This document shows positions 24,629 to 32,859 of a stretch of DNA of 32,859 nt, in pieces. The stretch's first letter is position 1; each line of letters begins with the position of its first letter. The stretch is from an uncultured Ignavibacteria bacterium. GTDB taxonomy: Bacteria > Bacteroidota > Ignavibacteria > SZUA-365. A program made the position numbers and the translations under genes. The stretch is taken from positions 1 to 32,859 of the forward strand of contig CAJXSA010000001.1 of NCBI GenBank assembly GCA_913060595.1, in the 5' to 3' direction. The notes beneath the pieces are model-generated. The model was not told where the DNA came from, did not search any database, and saw nothing but the letters and a program-made list of their open reading frames with translations.

Positions 24629-25555
24629 TCAGAGATACGTTTTAAAAAGTGTCGAAACTGTTTCGTGCACCGGTCGGTGCGATGTTCCGTCGTTCATCGT
24701 TGTCGAGATGCGCTGATACAGATGGGCGCCGGTGAATCCTTCGAACTCCAGGACGCGATCGAGTGTGGCAGGTTTGAACCATCGCCCGTCGAGTGCGATG
24801 GGGAGTACGGATGCACGCTGCCCGTGGCGCAGGAGAAGCTCTGCAAGGATGGAGTAGAGGCCGCCGGTCAGGAAGTGATCTTCCACCGTGACGGTGAGGG
24901 CGCATTCCGCGATCGCGGTCAGCACCGCATCCTCGTCCAACGGAACCAGGCTGCGCAGGTTGATCACGCGGGCGTGGATGCCGTCTTCGCGCAGCCGGAA
25001 GCCGTACGTGAGTATGGCGACATCGTTTCCTTCACCAAGGACTTCGGCCTTGCCGGGCTGAAACGGGGCATGTGACACGCATGCGGGAAGTGCGTTGAAG
25101 CGCAGATATGCGGGATGCGGCGAACGGAGAATATGGGGCAGTGCGGCGAGCATGTCGTCATTGTCCGCTGGCGCAAAGACCTGCATGCCGGGAATGCCGC
25201 GCATCAGCGCGATATCCTCTATCGCCTGATGTGTGGGACCGTTTCCGTCCGAGAGGAATCCCGGAACCGCGCCGACCAGCTTGACGGGCAGATGCGGTAT
25301 GCCCACATCGGTGCGAATGAACTCAAACGCGCGCATGGTCAGGAAGGTCGCGAGCGCGTGCACGACGGGGATGCGGCCGCGGAGCGCCATGCCGGCAGCA
25401 GAACCAATGAGCGTCATTTCGCTGATGCCGACATCGATGAAGCGGTCACCGATCATGGAAGGCAGACGACGAATCGCGGCCCGGTTTTCGGCCGTCATGA
25501 CGACAATGCGGTCGTCTTCTTCAGTGAGCTGCTTCAGGAGATCTTCGTATGTCAT
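24629..25555 (-). CDS. Transketolase-family protein, C-terminal (pyrimidine-binding) subunit.
   Basis: Trimmed to ATG 25555 (MTYEDLLKQLTEEDDRIVVMTAEN...FIDVGISEMTLIGSAAGMALRG). Typical split-transketolase B subunit. Confidence 0.9.
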   Translation of the reverse strand: MTYEDLLKQLTEEDDRIVVMTAENRAAIRRLPSMIGDRFIDVGISEMTLIGSAAGMALRGRIPVVHALATFLTMRAFEFIRTDVGIPHLPVKLVGAVPGFLSDGNGPTHQAIEDIALMRGIPGMQVFAPADNDDMLAALPHILRSPHPAYLRFNALPACVSHAPFQPGKAEVLGEGNDVAILTYGFRLREDGIHARVINLRSLVPLDEDAVLTAIAECALTVTVEDHFLTGGLYSILAELLLRHGQRASVLPIALDGRWFKPATLDRVLEFEGFTGAHLYQRISTTMNDGTSHRPVHETVSTLFKTYL

Positions 25556-25589
25556 GTTGAAATAGCCTGCATAGGTGCGACAGTTGGAA

Positions 25590-26447
25590 TCAGCGGACGT
25601 ACAGTTGTTCGGAGGTGAGCGTGGCCTGGTTGATACCGTGGAGTTCGTCGAGCAGCATGTCGACTTCATCCGCGGTGAAATTGACAAACCAGCGATCCGC
25701 GCGTTCTTCAATGCTGGGCAGACCTTTTCCCCGCACCGTATCTGCGATAATCATGTTGGGCTTTCCCTTCTCGAAGGGGACCTCGCTCAATGCCGATTCC
25801 ATGCTTTCGAAACTGTGTCCGTCGATGCGTCGCACAGCCCAGCCGAATGCCGCAAATTTCGCTTCGAGTGGCTCGAGCGGGATGAGATCCTCCGTGCGCA
25901 TGTTGGCCTGGAACGCATTGCGATCGACAATGGCGACAAGGTTGTCCAGCCTGTGTGCGCCGGCAACCAGGCAGCCCTCCCAGATGGATCCCTCGTTCAA
26001 TTCCCCGTCTCCGAGGACGACGAATACACGGTTTTTCGATTTGCGCAGCCGTGAGTCGAGAGCGACCCCGATGCCGACAGAGAGCAGATGGCCGAGGGAT
26101 CCCGAATGAAACTCGATACCCGGTATGCTGGTATTCGGATGCCAGTACAGCGAATCGTTCGTTTTGAGGTGATTGCCCAGGCGCGCTTTGTCCATAAAGC
26201 CGAGTTCCACGAGCGTACCGTACACGGAGGGAACGTCATGTCCCTTGGAGAGGAAGAAAAAATCGCGGTCCTCGTCCGTCGTGCGATCGGGTGCGATACG
26301 CAATACCTCACTATAGAGGTAGACGATCAGGTCGGTGCATGAGAGCGAGGCACCAATGAAGCAGCCTCCGTCCGTTGCCATTCTGATGATATGTTCACGG
26401 ACGCGCAGAGCGCGCTGCTGCAGGTCCAGTCGTTCGGTGTCTGTCAT
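25590..26447 (-). CDS. Transketolase-family protein, N-terminal (TPP-binding) subunit.
   Basis: Motifs are SKGHDVPSVY, GSLGHLLSVGIGVA, and GDGELNEGSIWE (the TPP/Mg GDG..N motif). Its start overlaps the upstream stop by 4 nt. Confidence 0.9.
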   Translation of the reverse strand: MTDTERLDLQQRALRVREHIIRMATDGGCFIGASLSCTDLIVYLYSEVLRIAPDRTTDEDRDFFFLSKGHDVPSVYGTLVELGFMDKARLGNHLKTNDSLYWHPNTSIPGIEFHSGSLGHLLSVGIGVALDSRLRKSKNRVFVVLGDGELNEGSIWEGCLVAGAHRLDNLVAIVDRNAFQANMRTEDLIPLEPLEAKFAAFGWAVRRIDGHSFESMESALSEVPFEKGKPNMIIADTVRGKGLPSIEERADRWFVNFTADEVDMLLDELHGINQATLTSEQLYVR

Positions 26448-27301
26448 ATGTTTTCCCGCGTAGTGGTGAGGGTTCCGTTCTCCGCATGTGAAGCGGCATG
26501 ACCGGGCATGCGCGTGTGACGCGTATCGACGGTTCGCAGCTGATCAAGATGATTGCGATACCAGTTGACGCCGGCGTACGTTTTGTTGATGTTCATGATG
26601 TCGGGGCGCTGCCGTAGCAGCGCGAGTATATCGTGCAGTCCGAACCGTCCCCCGGTGGATGCATACAGCGCATCGTACACGGTGCGAATGAACTGGTAAT
26701 CCTCGGGATAGTCGATGGTCCATCGATGTGACATCGAGTAATTCTCCCCGGTTTCCCAGGTGACATTTTCTATGCGGAAGCGCTCCGGCCGTTCCCAGAT
26801 GAACGGGGTCGTGTGCTCACGCTCCATCGGTAGCGTCGCCTCCTTCCATGCTTCCTGCAGGGTTGCGATGGACATGACCTCCACGTCGTTGCCGTCGGGC
26901 CAGCTTGCCGGGTGCAGATTGCTTACAAAATCCCGGGATCCGCCTGCAGTGATATACGTGGAGAGCACCCGGTCGATGACCCCCGGGTCGATCAGCGGAC
27001 AGTCAGAAGGGATCTTGACGACGATGTCCGCATCATAGAGCAGGGCGGCCCGGTAATGGCGATCGAGAAGATCGAATGCATCACCGCTGTAGCATGGTAT
27101 GCGAAGCTGATTGCAGAGGATGCGGATATCGGTGTCCTCCGGCTCCGTCGTCGTAGCCACCACGACGGTCATCGGTGTGCGCGCGAGCCGAATCCGCTCG
27201 ACCATTCGCTGCAGCAGCGGCCTTCCGCAGAGTGGCAGCAGGACCTTCCCCGCGAGCCGTGAGCTTCCTGTGCGCGCCTGCACAATAGTGACGATGTTCA
27301 T
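26444..27301 (-). CDS. SpsF/NeuA-like cytidylyltransferase (CTP_transf_3 type).
   Basis: Trimmed from 27574 to ATG 27301. MNIVTIVQARTGSSRLAGKVLLPLCGRPLLQRMVERI matches the SpsF-type N-terminus. The upstream 91 codons are Arg/Ser/Cys-rich and overlap the preceding gene. Confidence 0.8.
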   Translation of the reverse strand: MNIVTIVQARTGSSRLAGKVLLPLCGRPLLQRMVERIRLARTPMTVVVATTTEPEDTDIRILCNQLRIPCYSGDAFDLLDRHYRAALLYDADIVVKIPSDCPLIDPGVIDRVLSTYITAGGSRDFVSNLHPASWPDGNDVEVMSIATLQEAWKEATLPMEREHTTPFIWERPERFRIENVTWETGENYSMSHRWTIDYPEDYQFIRTVYDALYASTGGRFGLHDILALLRQRPDIMNINKTYAGVNWYRNHLDQLRTVDTRHTRMPGHAASHAENGTLTTTRENI

Positions 27302-27305
27302 CCTG

Positions 27306-28358
27306 CTACGCTCCTTCATCTGTTGTCGGCGCGGCGGCGTTCTGCTTCCGGTGCAGACGGCGGGCAGCGTGTGCCGCGAATCGTCCGCGAAGCGTATCCG
27401 TGCGGTTCTCATTGAGCAGTCGTCTGCACACAACCGCAATGTGTCGCGCGGAGCTTCCGCCATTCTGTATCGGTGTCTGCCGCTTGAGCGTTTCCAGATC
27501 AAATGCGGAGTACACTTTCTTGCCGAGGGCGAGACCGACATACACCACACTCGAATAGCGCGTGATGAGCACATCGCAGTTCGCGATCATGTGATGGATA
27601 TCACCGTCTGCGTACACCAGTGCGTCCGGTGCCTCCTCCCGGATTTCTGCTGTTGCACGCTCGACGTCCTCGTTGGGATGGAGTTTGAAAATCAACATGC
27701 GATCCCCGGCTGTTTCGAGACATTCACGAATGAACTTCCGCCGGTTCTCATAGCGGAATGTCTCACGCGAGTCGCTGGTCGCGACCAGAACAAAGTTCCG
27801 ATGCGGAAAGTCGTTGTCACGGTATGTCACACAGTTGTCGAAATTCGGGATGCCGGTTACAACCAGTTTCTCAGGTCGCACGCCTTTTTCAATGAACAAA
27901 TCGCGATATCCCTCGCTTGCCACACAGAAGTAGTTGTACTGGTCGCTGAGTCCCGTCGTCGATGTGCTCGCGAGATAGCGTGGGAGGCGAAGGTGCCGGA
28001 CGAGGTAATACGCGAAACCCTCAGGATCGGTCATTCCTTCCTGCACCAGGACCATCTTCTTCCCGCGGATGTTTTTGGGAACGATCAGGTCCTGGCAGGT
28101 GACGACGAGGTCATAGTCATGGGACGTCCCGTAGCGATCGATGGAAAGTCCGTGTGCGCGGCAGTAGTCCATCGCCCGGGTGCTGAGCTTCTGTCCGAGA
28201 ATTGTGAACTCAAGGAAGCCGTGCCGGCTGAGCCAGCGAATGAGGCTGTCCCCGTAGTAGGGCGTGAAGTGGCAATCCATCTCCGGCAGTTGCGCCGCGA
28301 TCTGGTGCATCTGGGAGGTCTGGTTCAAAGAACCGCATATGAAGAGTATGCTGGGCAT
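27306..28358 (-). CDS. GT-B-like transferase, tentatively of the CDP-glycerol glycerophosphotransferase (TagB/TagF) type. A KpsS-like ulosonic-acid transferase is not excluded.
   Basis: Trimmed to ATG 28358 (MPSILFICGS..). LIFKLHPNED and CDVLITRYSSVVYVGLALGKKV resemble the K-x-HP and (L)ITDYSS blocks of the TagF family. The call is from memory and low-confidence. Confidence 0.5.
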   Translation of the reverse strand: MPSILFICGSLNQTSQMHQIAAQLPEMDCHFTPYYGDSLIRWLSRHGFLEFTILGQKLSTRAMDYCRAHGLSIDRYGTSHDYDLVVTCQDLIVPKNIRGKKMVLVQEGMTDPEGFAYYLVRHLRLPRYLASTSTTGLSDQYNYFCVASEGYRDLFIEKGVRPEKLVVTGIPNFDNCVTYRDNDFPHRNFVLVATSDSRETFRYENRRKFIRECLETAGDRMLIFKLHPNEDVERATAEIREEAPDALVYADGDIHHMIANCDVLITRYSSVVYVGLALGKKVYSAFDLETLKRQTPIQNGGSSARHIAVVCRRLLNENRTDTLRGRFAAHAARRLHRKQNAAAPTTDEGA

Positions 28359-28369
28359 AGTATGAATCG

Positions 28370-29425
28370 TCAGGTTTTGCGTAGTGCAGGCCGGAACGGA
28401 TTGACGCCGAGCGCACCGAACAGTGCCAAACCGGTCGCAGACCATGTGAGTTCTTTCCCGCGGCGCAGTATGATGAAAGCCGCAGCCACGGCTGCGACTT
28501 CGGGAATCCCGAAAACGCCAAGTATCGCCGGGATGCCCAGCTCCTGGGCGCCGAGTCCGGAAGGAATGAAGAAAAACACGAGTTTGATTGCGGAAAGCAG
28601 TCCTTCCAGTACCACCGCCTGCGCGAGGCTGAGTTCGTGTCCAAGAAGGAAAAAAATGAGCCAGGTTTCGACGGCCATCATCATCCAGCTGATCAGGAAA
28701 ATGCCGAGGACGGATGCGAGCTGTGCGCGGGAGCCTCGGACAAATCCTGCGATTTCCGTGTCAATATCACACAGCGCCCCGTGCACGCGCGTGAGAAGTC
28801 GCTGCAGCGGAGGCAGAGGGAGGGTCTGCAGCAGTTTCGAGATTCTTTCCAGTCGTACTCCAGCGTAGGGCAGGAGAAGGAAGAGCAGAAACACGACGGA
28901 TACGCCGATGATAATCGCCTGTCCGTGGGCCGTCGCAAGGATGCCGAGTTCTGCGCGTGGACCTTCCTGCAGTGTCAGCAGCAGAACGGCGCAAATAACG
29001 AAGACCATCTGCATGACAGCCATGTTGATTTTCGCAAGCATGGTTGAGGCGACTGCCTCCCCGGTTCGCAATCCGAAATGCTTTTGGAGAAGCAGCGGGC
29101 GGAGGGTTTCCGCGATGGCGACACCGGCAGGTACGGTATTCATGACCGCATCGGTGGAGAGGCGTATTGCTGAAAGGCCAGCCAGGGAGAGACGGCGCCG
29201 GGACGGCGGCATGCAACCACGCCAGCCCGCCGCATCAAGTGCAATCACACTTGCATACGGAAGCATGATCAGCGCTGCCGCAGCCCCCATGCCGAACAGC
29301 AGACGCTGGACGTGCACTATATCCAGCGTGGCGAACTGCCGGTACAAAAAATACATCAGGAGCAGCATTGCTGCAGCCCGGAGCACATGCACCAGGAACG
29401 TTCGTATGGCAGGGCGGAGTGTCAT
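28370..29425 (-). CDS. Polytopic membrane protein, lysylphosphatidylglycerol-synthase TM-region / flippase-like (UPF0104) type.
   Basis: 351 aa with ~8 predicted hydrophobic helices and no soluble catalytic domain. The size and topology are typical of LPG_synthase_TM proteins found beside glycosyltransferases. It lies 11 nt upstream of the transferase gene. Confidence 0.55.
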   Translation of the reverse strand: MTLRPAIRTFLVHVLRAAAMLLLMYFLYRQFATLDIVHVQRLLFGMGAAAALIMLPYASVIALDAAGWRGCMPPSRRRLSLAGLSAIRLSTDAVMNTVPAGVAIAETLRPLLLQKHFGLRTGEAVASTMLAKINMAVMQMVFVICAVLLLTLQEGPRAELGILATAHGQAIIIGVSVVFLLFLLLPYAGVRLERISKLLQTLPLPPLQRLLTRVHGALCDIDTEIAGFVRGSRAQLASVLGIFLISWMMMAVETWLIFFLLGHELSLAQAVVLEGLLSAIKLVFFFIPSGLGAQELGIPAILGVFGIPEVAAVAAAFIILRRGKELTWSATGLALFGALGVNPFRPALRKT

Positions 29426-29502
29426 TCCGTAAACCTACCTGTCCGATGTTTTGACTCCGTTAACGCCGCATGAGAAACGCGTAGAGGAAAGGAAACCGGA
29501 TG

Positions 29503-30378
29503 CTAACAATGTTCTTCTGTCGCGGGCGGCCGGTTCAGAAGAGAAATGATATCAGAATGCACATCCGGATGTGACGCGACAAGAGAGTTTGACTGAAGCG
29601 GATCGCCACCTTCCCAGGATGTGATCATTCCTCCTGCACCCTGGATCACCGGAATGATGGGAAGCATGTCCCAGGGTTTGAGAACGGGATCCGCCATGAT
29701 GTCTGCGTATCCGGACGCGAGCATCGTGTAGCCGTAGCAGTCGCCCCAGCTACGAAACACACCGACGCGGGCGGCGAGCCGGTCAAAGAGCTTTCCATCC
29801 TTGTGGCGCCACACATCCGTATGGTCGGTGACGAGCAGTGTGGCCTCATGAACGGATGTGGGCGTGCGCATGCGCACCGGCTGACCGTTCATTCGTGTTT
29901 CTTTCGCAGTCCCTATGAAGCGGAGTCCGAGTATGGGGAGATTGATGCATCCCATGATCGGCGTCCCGCGGTCGCAGAGCGCGATGAGTGTGCCGAACAG
30001 CGGCATCCCGCTGATGAAGGATTTGGTTCCGTCGATGGGGTCGAGAACCCACTGATATCGTGCGTGCTCCTGGTACGGTCCGTATTCCTCCCCGAGAATG
30101 CCATGGTCCGGGTATTCCTGCATAAGGAGTTCCCGCATGGTCGCTTCGGTCTCGCGATCCGCGTCGGTGACCGGAGAATGGTCGGATTTCATGTCGACCG
30201 GCATCGCGGAACGGTAGTATTTCCTGATGATCCGCTCACTCGCCACGGCGAGCCGCTGCATGCTCTCGTGATAGGTGCTGCTGTCCGTCCGCTTCAGCAC
30301 GGCGCTTCCGTTTTCCCACATGATGTGCTCCATGTTGTCCTCGTGCCGGCGGCAATGGAACCGCCGGGAATTCAGCAT
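29503..30378 (-). CDS. Inositol monophosphatase family phosphatase (IMPase/HisN-like).
   Basis: Motifs are SPVTDADRETE, ILGEE, WVLDPIDGTKSF and WDMLPIIPVIQGAGG. The start is uncertain (Met at 30378, 30333 or 30321). Confidence 0.85.
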   Translation of the reverse strand: MLNSRRFHCRRHEDNMEHIMWENGSAVLKRTDSSTYHESMQRLAVASERIIRKYYRSAMPVDMKSDHSPVTDADRETEATMRELLMQEYPDHGILGEEYGPYQEHARYQWVLDPIDGTKSFISGMPLFGTLIALCDRGTPIMGCINLPILGLRFIGTAKETRMNGQPVRMRTPTSVHEATLLVTDHTDVWRHKDGKLFDRLAARVGVFRSWGDCYGYTMLASGYADIMADPVLKPWDMLPIIPVIQGAGGMITSWEGGDPLQSNSLVASHPDVHSDIISLLNRPPATEEHC

Positions 30379-30450
30379 GGAAACTACAATGGTGCTGTGA
30401 GCAGAACGTGAGTGTTGTATGCAGCTCGTGTGTGAAAGTGGGAAGGTCTT

Positions 30451-31071
30451 TCAGGACTCCGGGTTCTCCACGGTGAGCGATTCCACCCAGAACACTTCGC
30501 AGGCGCCGTCGCCGGTGTCGTTGCGGCGGGTGGAGGACACCCAGTGCCAGCCGCCGTCGCTGGTCACCTTCACGAGATAGCCGGTCATGTGCACGACACT
30601 GCCTTCGTACACGTCGTCGATAGTGTCCCACACGGCGTCATTGGCGGGCAGGATATGCACGTTCGCGCTGCTTTCCTCGATCTCCTTGCGCGGGATGGGC
30701 ATCAGGCCTTTGGGCTTCCATTTATACCACCGATGTCCCTGGGAGATGTCCAGCTTCTCGAGCACGAAGCTGTCGGACATGCGGCCCCAGCCCAGGGCGA
30801 AGTCCACCGGGGAGATGTCGCTCTCCTTGCCGCTGCCGTACTCCTCGCGGCTCAGTACGCGTGCGCGAATGTCATAATCCGCGAGGGCGGTGATCATGAA
30901 ATCGCCGTGCAGCCAGGGACTGCTGCGCGAGGGAGAGGTCTGTACGGGGATTGCGGGGCAGAGGACACCTTTTTCCCACTCCATCACCGGAGACGGCCAG
31001 AAATGCCAGACGGAAAAGAGCAGGACGAGTGTGAGGACGCTCCAGAGCAGAACACGTGTCGAAGTGTTCAT
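30451..31071 (-). CDS. Hypothetical N-terminally membrane-anchored protein.
   Basis: 206 aa with a TM/signal anchor VLLWSVLTLVLLFSVWHFW. Its start overlaps the upstream lipoprotein stop by 4 nt (ATGA). No family recognised. Confidence 0.6.
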   Translation of the reverse strand: MNTSTRVLLWSVLTLVLLFSVWHFWPSPVMEWEKGVLCPAIPVQTSPSRSSPWLHGDFMITALADYDIRARVLSREEYGSGKESDISPVDFALGWGRMSDSFVLEKLDISQGHRWYKWKPKGLMPIPRKEIEESSANVHILPANDAVWDTIDDVYEGSVVHMTGYLVKVTSDGGWHWVSSTRRNDTGDGACEVFWVESLTVENPES

Positions 31072-31556
31072 TCGCGGCTGTCCTTTTTGGGGCTCGTCTT
31101 GTTCTCTTCGAAGAAGCGTTCCATTTCTTCTGCTTCTTCCTGTGTCTCTGCGACATCCGGGATGGTGACGATGAGGACCGATCCTTCTTTCGGTGCGCCG
31201 GGATCAGGCACGGTGAAGACGCAGCAGACCCTGCCGTCGACCAGCAGCGCCGCCTGCCGTCCGCGCGAGCGCGCGAAGCGGCGCCATCGCGCTTCCATCG
31301 CCCCGGTCAGCGTCAGGTGCAGATCGTACATGTCGCCTGTCCCGGGTTTGACCTGGAAGCGGGAGATATGCTTGCCGGAAAGCACCGGATCGTCAAGACG
31401 ATATTCCTCTCCGTCATTCGAGACGAAGCGGGATGCGAGAGGGTCATCGTTCTGCAGTTCACGGATTTCGAGGAAGTCTGTGAATGCGGGGCGGACAGGT
31501 GCGCTGCCGCAGCCGGCAGCAAACAGGATGAGAAGAACGAGTGGCAGGAAGCGCAT
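31068..31556 (-). CDS. Hypothetical lipoprotein.
   Basis: Trimmed to ATG 31556. MRFLPLVLLILFAAGCGS carries a lipobox (AAG|C). No family recognised. Confidence 0.62.
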   Translation of the reverse strand: MRFLPLVLLILFAAGCGSAPVRPAFTDFLEIRELQNDDPLASRFVSNDGEEYRLDDPVLSGKHISRFQVKPGTGDMYDLHLTLTGAMEARWRRFARSRGRQAALLVDGRVCCVFTVPDPGAPKEGSVLIVTIPDVAETQEEAEEMERFFEENKTSPKKDSRE

Positions 31557-31665
31557 GGAAATCCTCTTCAACAGGCATGACATGGTGCCGCTGGTCTCGC
31601 GGCTCGCGGTATGTTACGGACACATGCCCAGAAAAACAATGTCCGATGAAGCGGTGCCGCCCTGC

Positions 31666-31702
31666 AAAAAAACCACCCGGACGCATGGATGCATCCGGGT
31701 GG
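31666..31702 (-). terminator. Rho-independent terminator downstream of gcvP.
   Basis: On the minus strand: CCACCCGGA (31702..31694), a 12-nt partly self-pairing loop, TCCGGGTGG (31681..31673), then TTTTTTT (31672..31666). It lies ~43 nt after the gcvP stop. Confidence 0.75.
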
Positions 31703-31744
31703 TGAAGGTACGCACAACTGCGTGTGTTCCTGCGCGAGCGCCGC

Positions 31745-32859
31745 TCAGTTCTCGGCGTCGTCGGCGTATGCTTCGATCGGCGGACAGGAGCACATGATGT
31801 GACGGTCGCCGTAGGAATTGTCGATGCGGGCGACGGGGGACCAGTACTTGCGCTCCTGCACGAACGGAAGCGGGTACACCGCCTGCGCGCGTGTATACGG
31901 ATGGTCCCAGCTGTCCGCCGTGGCCTCCGCCGCGGTGTGCGGCGCGTTGTGCAGCACACTGTGCGCGGCGTCCACCTTGCCGTCGATCACTTCCTGTATC
32001 TCGCGTCGGATCTCGAGCAGGGCATCCGCCAGACGATCGAGTTCCGCACGGGATTCGCTTTCGGTCGGTTCGATCATGAGCGTCCCGGCGACGGGGAATG
32101 CGAGCGTCGGGGCGTGGAATCCATAATCGATGAGACGTTTGGCGACGTCCTCCGCCTCGATGCCGTGGTCCTTGAACGGGCGCAGATCCACGATGAACTC
32201 GTGCGCGACACTGCCGTTCTTGCCGGAGTAGAGGATTTTGTAGTCAGCCTCGAGCCGCTTCTTGAGGTAATTGGCGTTGAGGATGGCGAATTTCGTGGAC
32301 TCGGTCAGTCCGCTGCCGCCGAGCATCTTGATGTAGCCGTAGGAAATCGGCAGGATGCTCGCGCTGCCCCACGCGGCGGAAGACACGGCGGGAATGTGCT
32401 GCGTGCCGCCTGTGGATGTGATGACATGGCCCGGAAGGAAAGGCGCCAGGTGCGATGCGACGGAGATGGGGCCCATGCCCGGACCGCCGCCGCCGTGCGG
32501 GATGGCGAAGGTTTTGTGCAGGTTGAGATGGCAGACGTCCGCACCGATGATGCCCGGGCTCGTCAGTCCCAGCTGCGCGTTGAGGTTCGCGCCGTCCATG
32601 TACACCTGTCCCCCGTGCGCGTGCACAATCTCGCAGATCTCGGTGATGCTTTCCTCGAACACACCGTGCGTCGAGGGATACGTCACCATAAGAGCGGACA
32701 GCGTTTCGGCATGCTCTTCCGCCTTGGCGCGGAGATCGTCGACATCGATGTTTCCGTGCTCGTCGCAGGCGACGATCACCACGCGCGCTCCGGCCATGAC
32801 CGCGCTGGCGGGATTGGTGCCGTGTGCGGATGAAGGAATGAGTACCACGTTGCGCTGGG
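31745..32859 (-). CDS. gcvP: Glycine dehydrogenase (decarboxylating), C-terminal part (GcvP or GcvPB). It is 5'-truncated by the window edge.
   Basis: Motifs are ..[16 protein letters not shown].., [11 protein letters not shown], and [23 protein letters not shown] (PLP-lysine motif). The reading frame stays open to position 32859. Confidence 0.95.
   Translation of the reverse strand, partial: QRNVVLIPSSAHGTNPASAVMAGARVVIVACDEHGNIDVDDLRAKAEEHAETLSALMVTYPSTHGVFEESITEICEIVHAHGGQVYMDGANLNAQLGLTSPGIIGADVCHLNLHKTFAIPHGGGGPGMGPISVASHLAPFLPGHVITSTGGTQHIPAVSSAAWGSASILPISYGYIKMLGGSGLTESTKFAILNANYLKKRLEADYKILYSGKNGSVAHEFIVDLRPFKDHGIEAEDVAKRLIDYGFHAPTLAFPVAGTLMIEPTESESRAELDRLADALLEIRREIQEVIDGKVDAAHSVLHNAPHTAAEATADSWDHPYTRAQAVYPLPFVQERKYWSPVARIDNSYGDRHIMCSCPPIEAYADDAEN

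Noticed and set aside
21441-25075. Alternate-frame or antisense ORFs over the SDR, EEP and aminotransferase genes (21441..22166, 22351..23205, 23276..24322, 24449..25075).
   Set aside because: They overlap genes with strong SDR, EEP and PLP-aminotransferase motifs, and have Arg-rich composition with no motifs of their own.
27111-28868. 585-aa plus-strand ORF spanning three minus-strand genes.
   Set aside because: It crosses gene boundaries of the cytidylyltransferase, transferase and membrane-protein genes. Its composition is low-complexity and Arg/Ser/Ala-rich, so it is spurious.
30544-32833. Plus-strand ORFs 30544..31797 (417 aa) and 31724..32833 (369 aa).
   Set aside because: They are antisense to the hypothetical/lipoprotein pair and to gcvP, which has an unmistakable glycine dehydrogenase motif. 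They also span a terminator and an intergenic region.
1-32859. Scan for CRISPR arrays, rRNA genes, IS transposases, or a duplicated tRNA-Glu 3' fragment (att repeat).
   Set aside because: No regularly spaced direct repeats, rRNA-like sequence, transposase ORF, or second GGTTCGAATCC-type segment was found by eye. The other island end is presumably outside the window.

Overview
The window has two compositionally distinct parts (G+C values are rough estimates by eye, not computed).

(A) 1..~8.49 kb is AT-rich, roughly 40-45% G+C. It looks like a horizontally acquired island abutting an intact tRNA-Glu(UUC) gene (8417..8492, minus).
- A large serine recombinase (6815..8473, +) has a 3' end that reads antisense into the tRNA.
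- A tightly packed five-gene minus-strand operon lies divergent from it: Type III R-M mod (4695..6608), res (2111..4693), an AbiV-like HEPN protein (1378..2094), a single-pass membrane protein (759..1385), and a helical DUF5677/AbiV-like protein (56..709).
- The first 55 nt of the window are a perfect inverted copy of 7354..7408, inside the recombinase CDS. The repeat runs off the window edge, so the defence operon plus the recombinase 5' half are bracketed by inverted repeats.

(B) ~8.53..32.86 kb is GC-rich, roughly 60-65% G+C, and looks like chromosomal backbone. A T9SS C-terminal sorting domain suggests a Bacteroidota/FCB-type host.
- Plus/minus strand genes near the island: a Ppm1-like GT2, a secreted lamin-tail/OB-like/PLD(HKD x2)/T9SS-CTD protein, and a 2022-aa thioester alpha-2-macroglobulin.
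- These are followed by 15 co-directional minus-strand genes. They include an unusual sugar-acid/lipid-headgroup-type cluster: SAF-less NeuB-like synthase, KdsC-like phosphatase, SDR, EEP phosphoesterase, class-III aminotransferase, split transketolase, SpsF-like cytidylyltransferase, TagF-like transferase, LPG-synthase-TM-like membrane protein and IMPase. A 5'-truncated gcvP ends the window.

No CRISPR array, rRNA or IS transposase was seen. All family assignments come from motif recognition by eye; no database search was possible.
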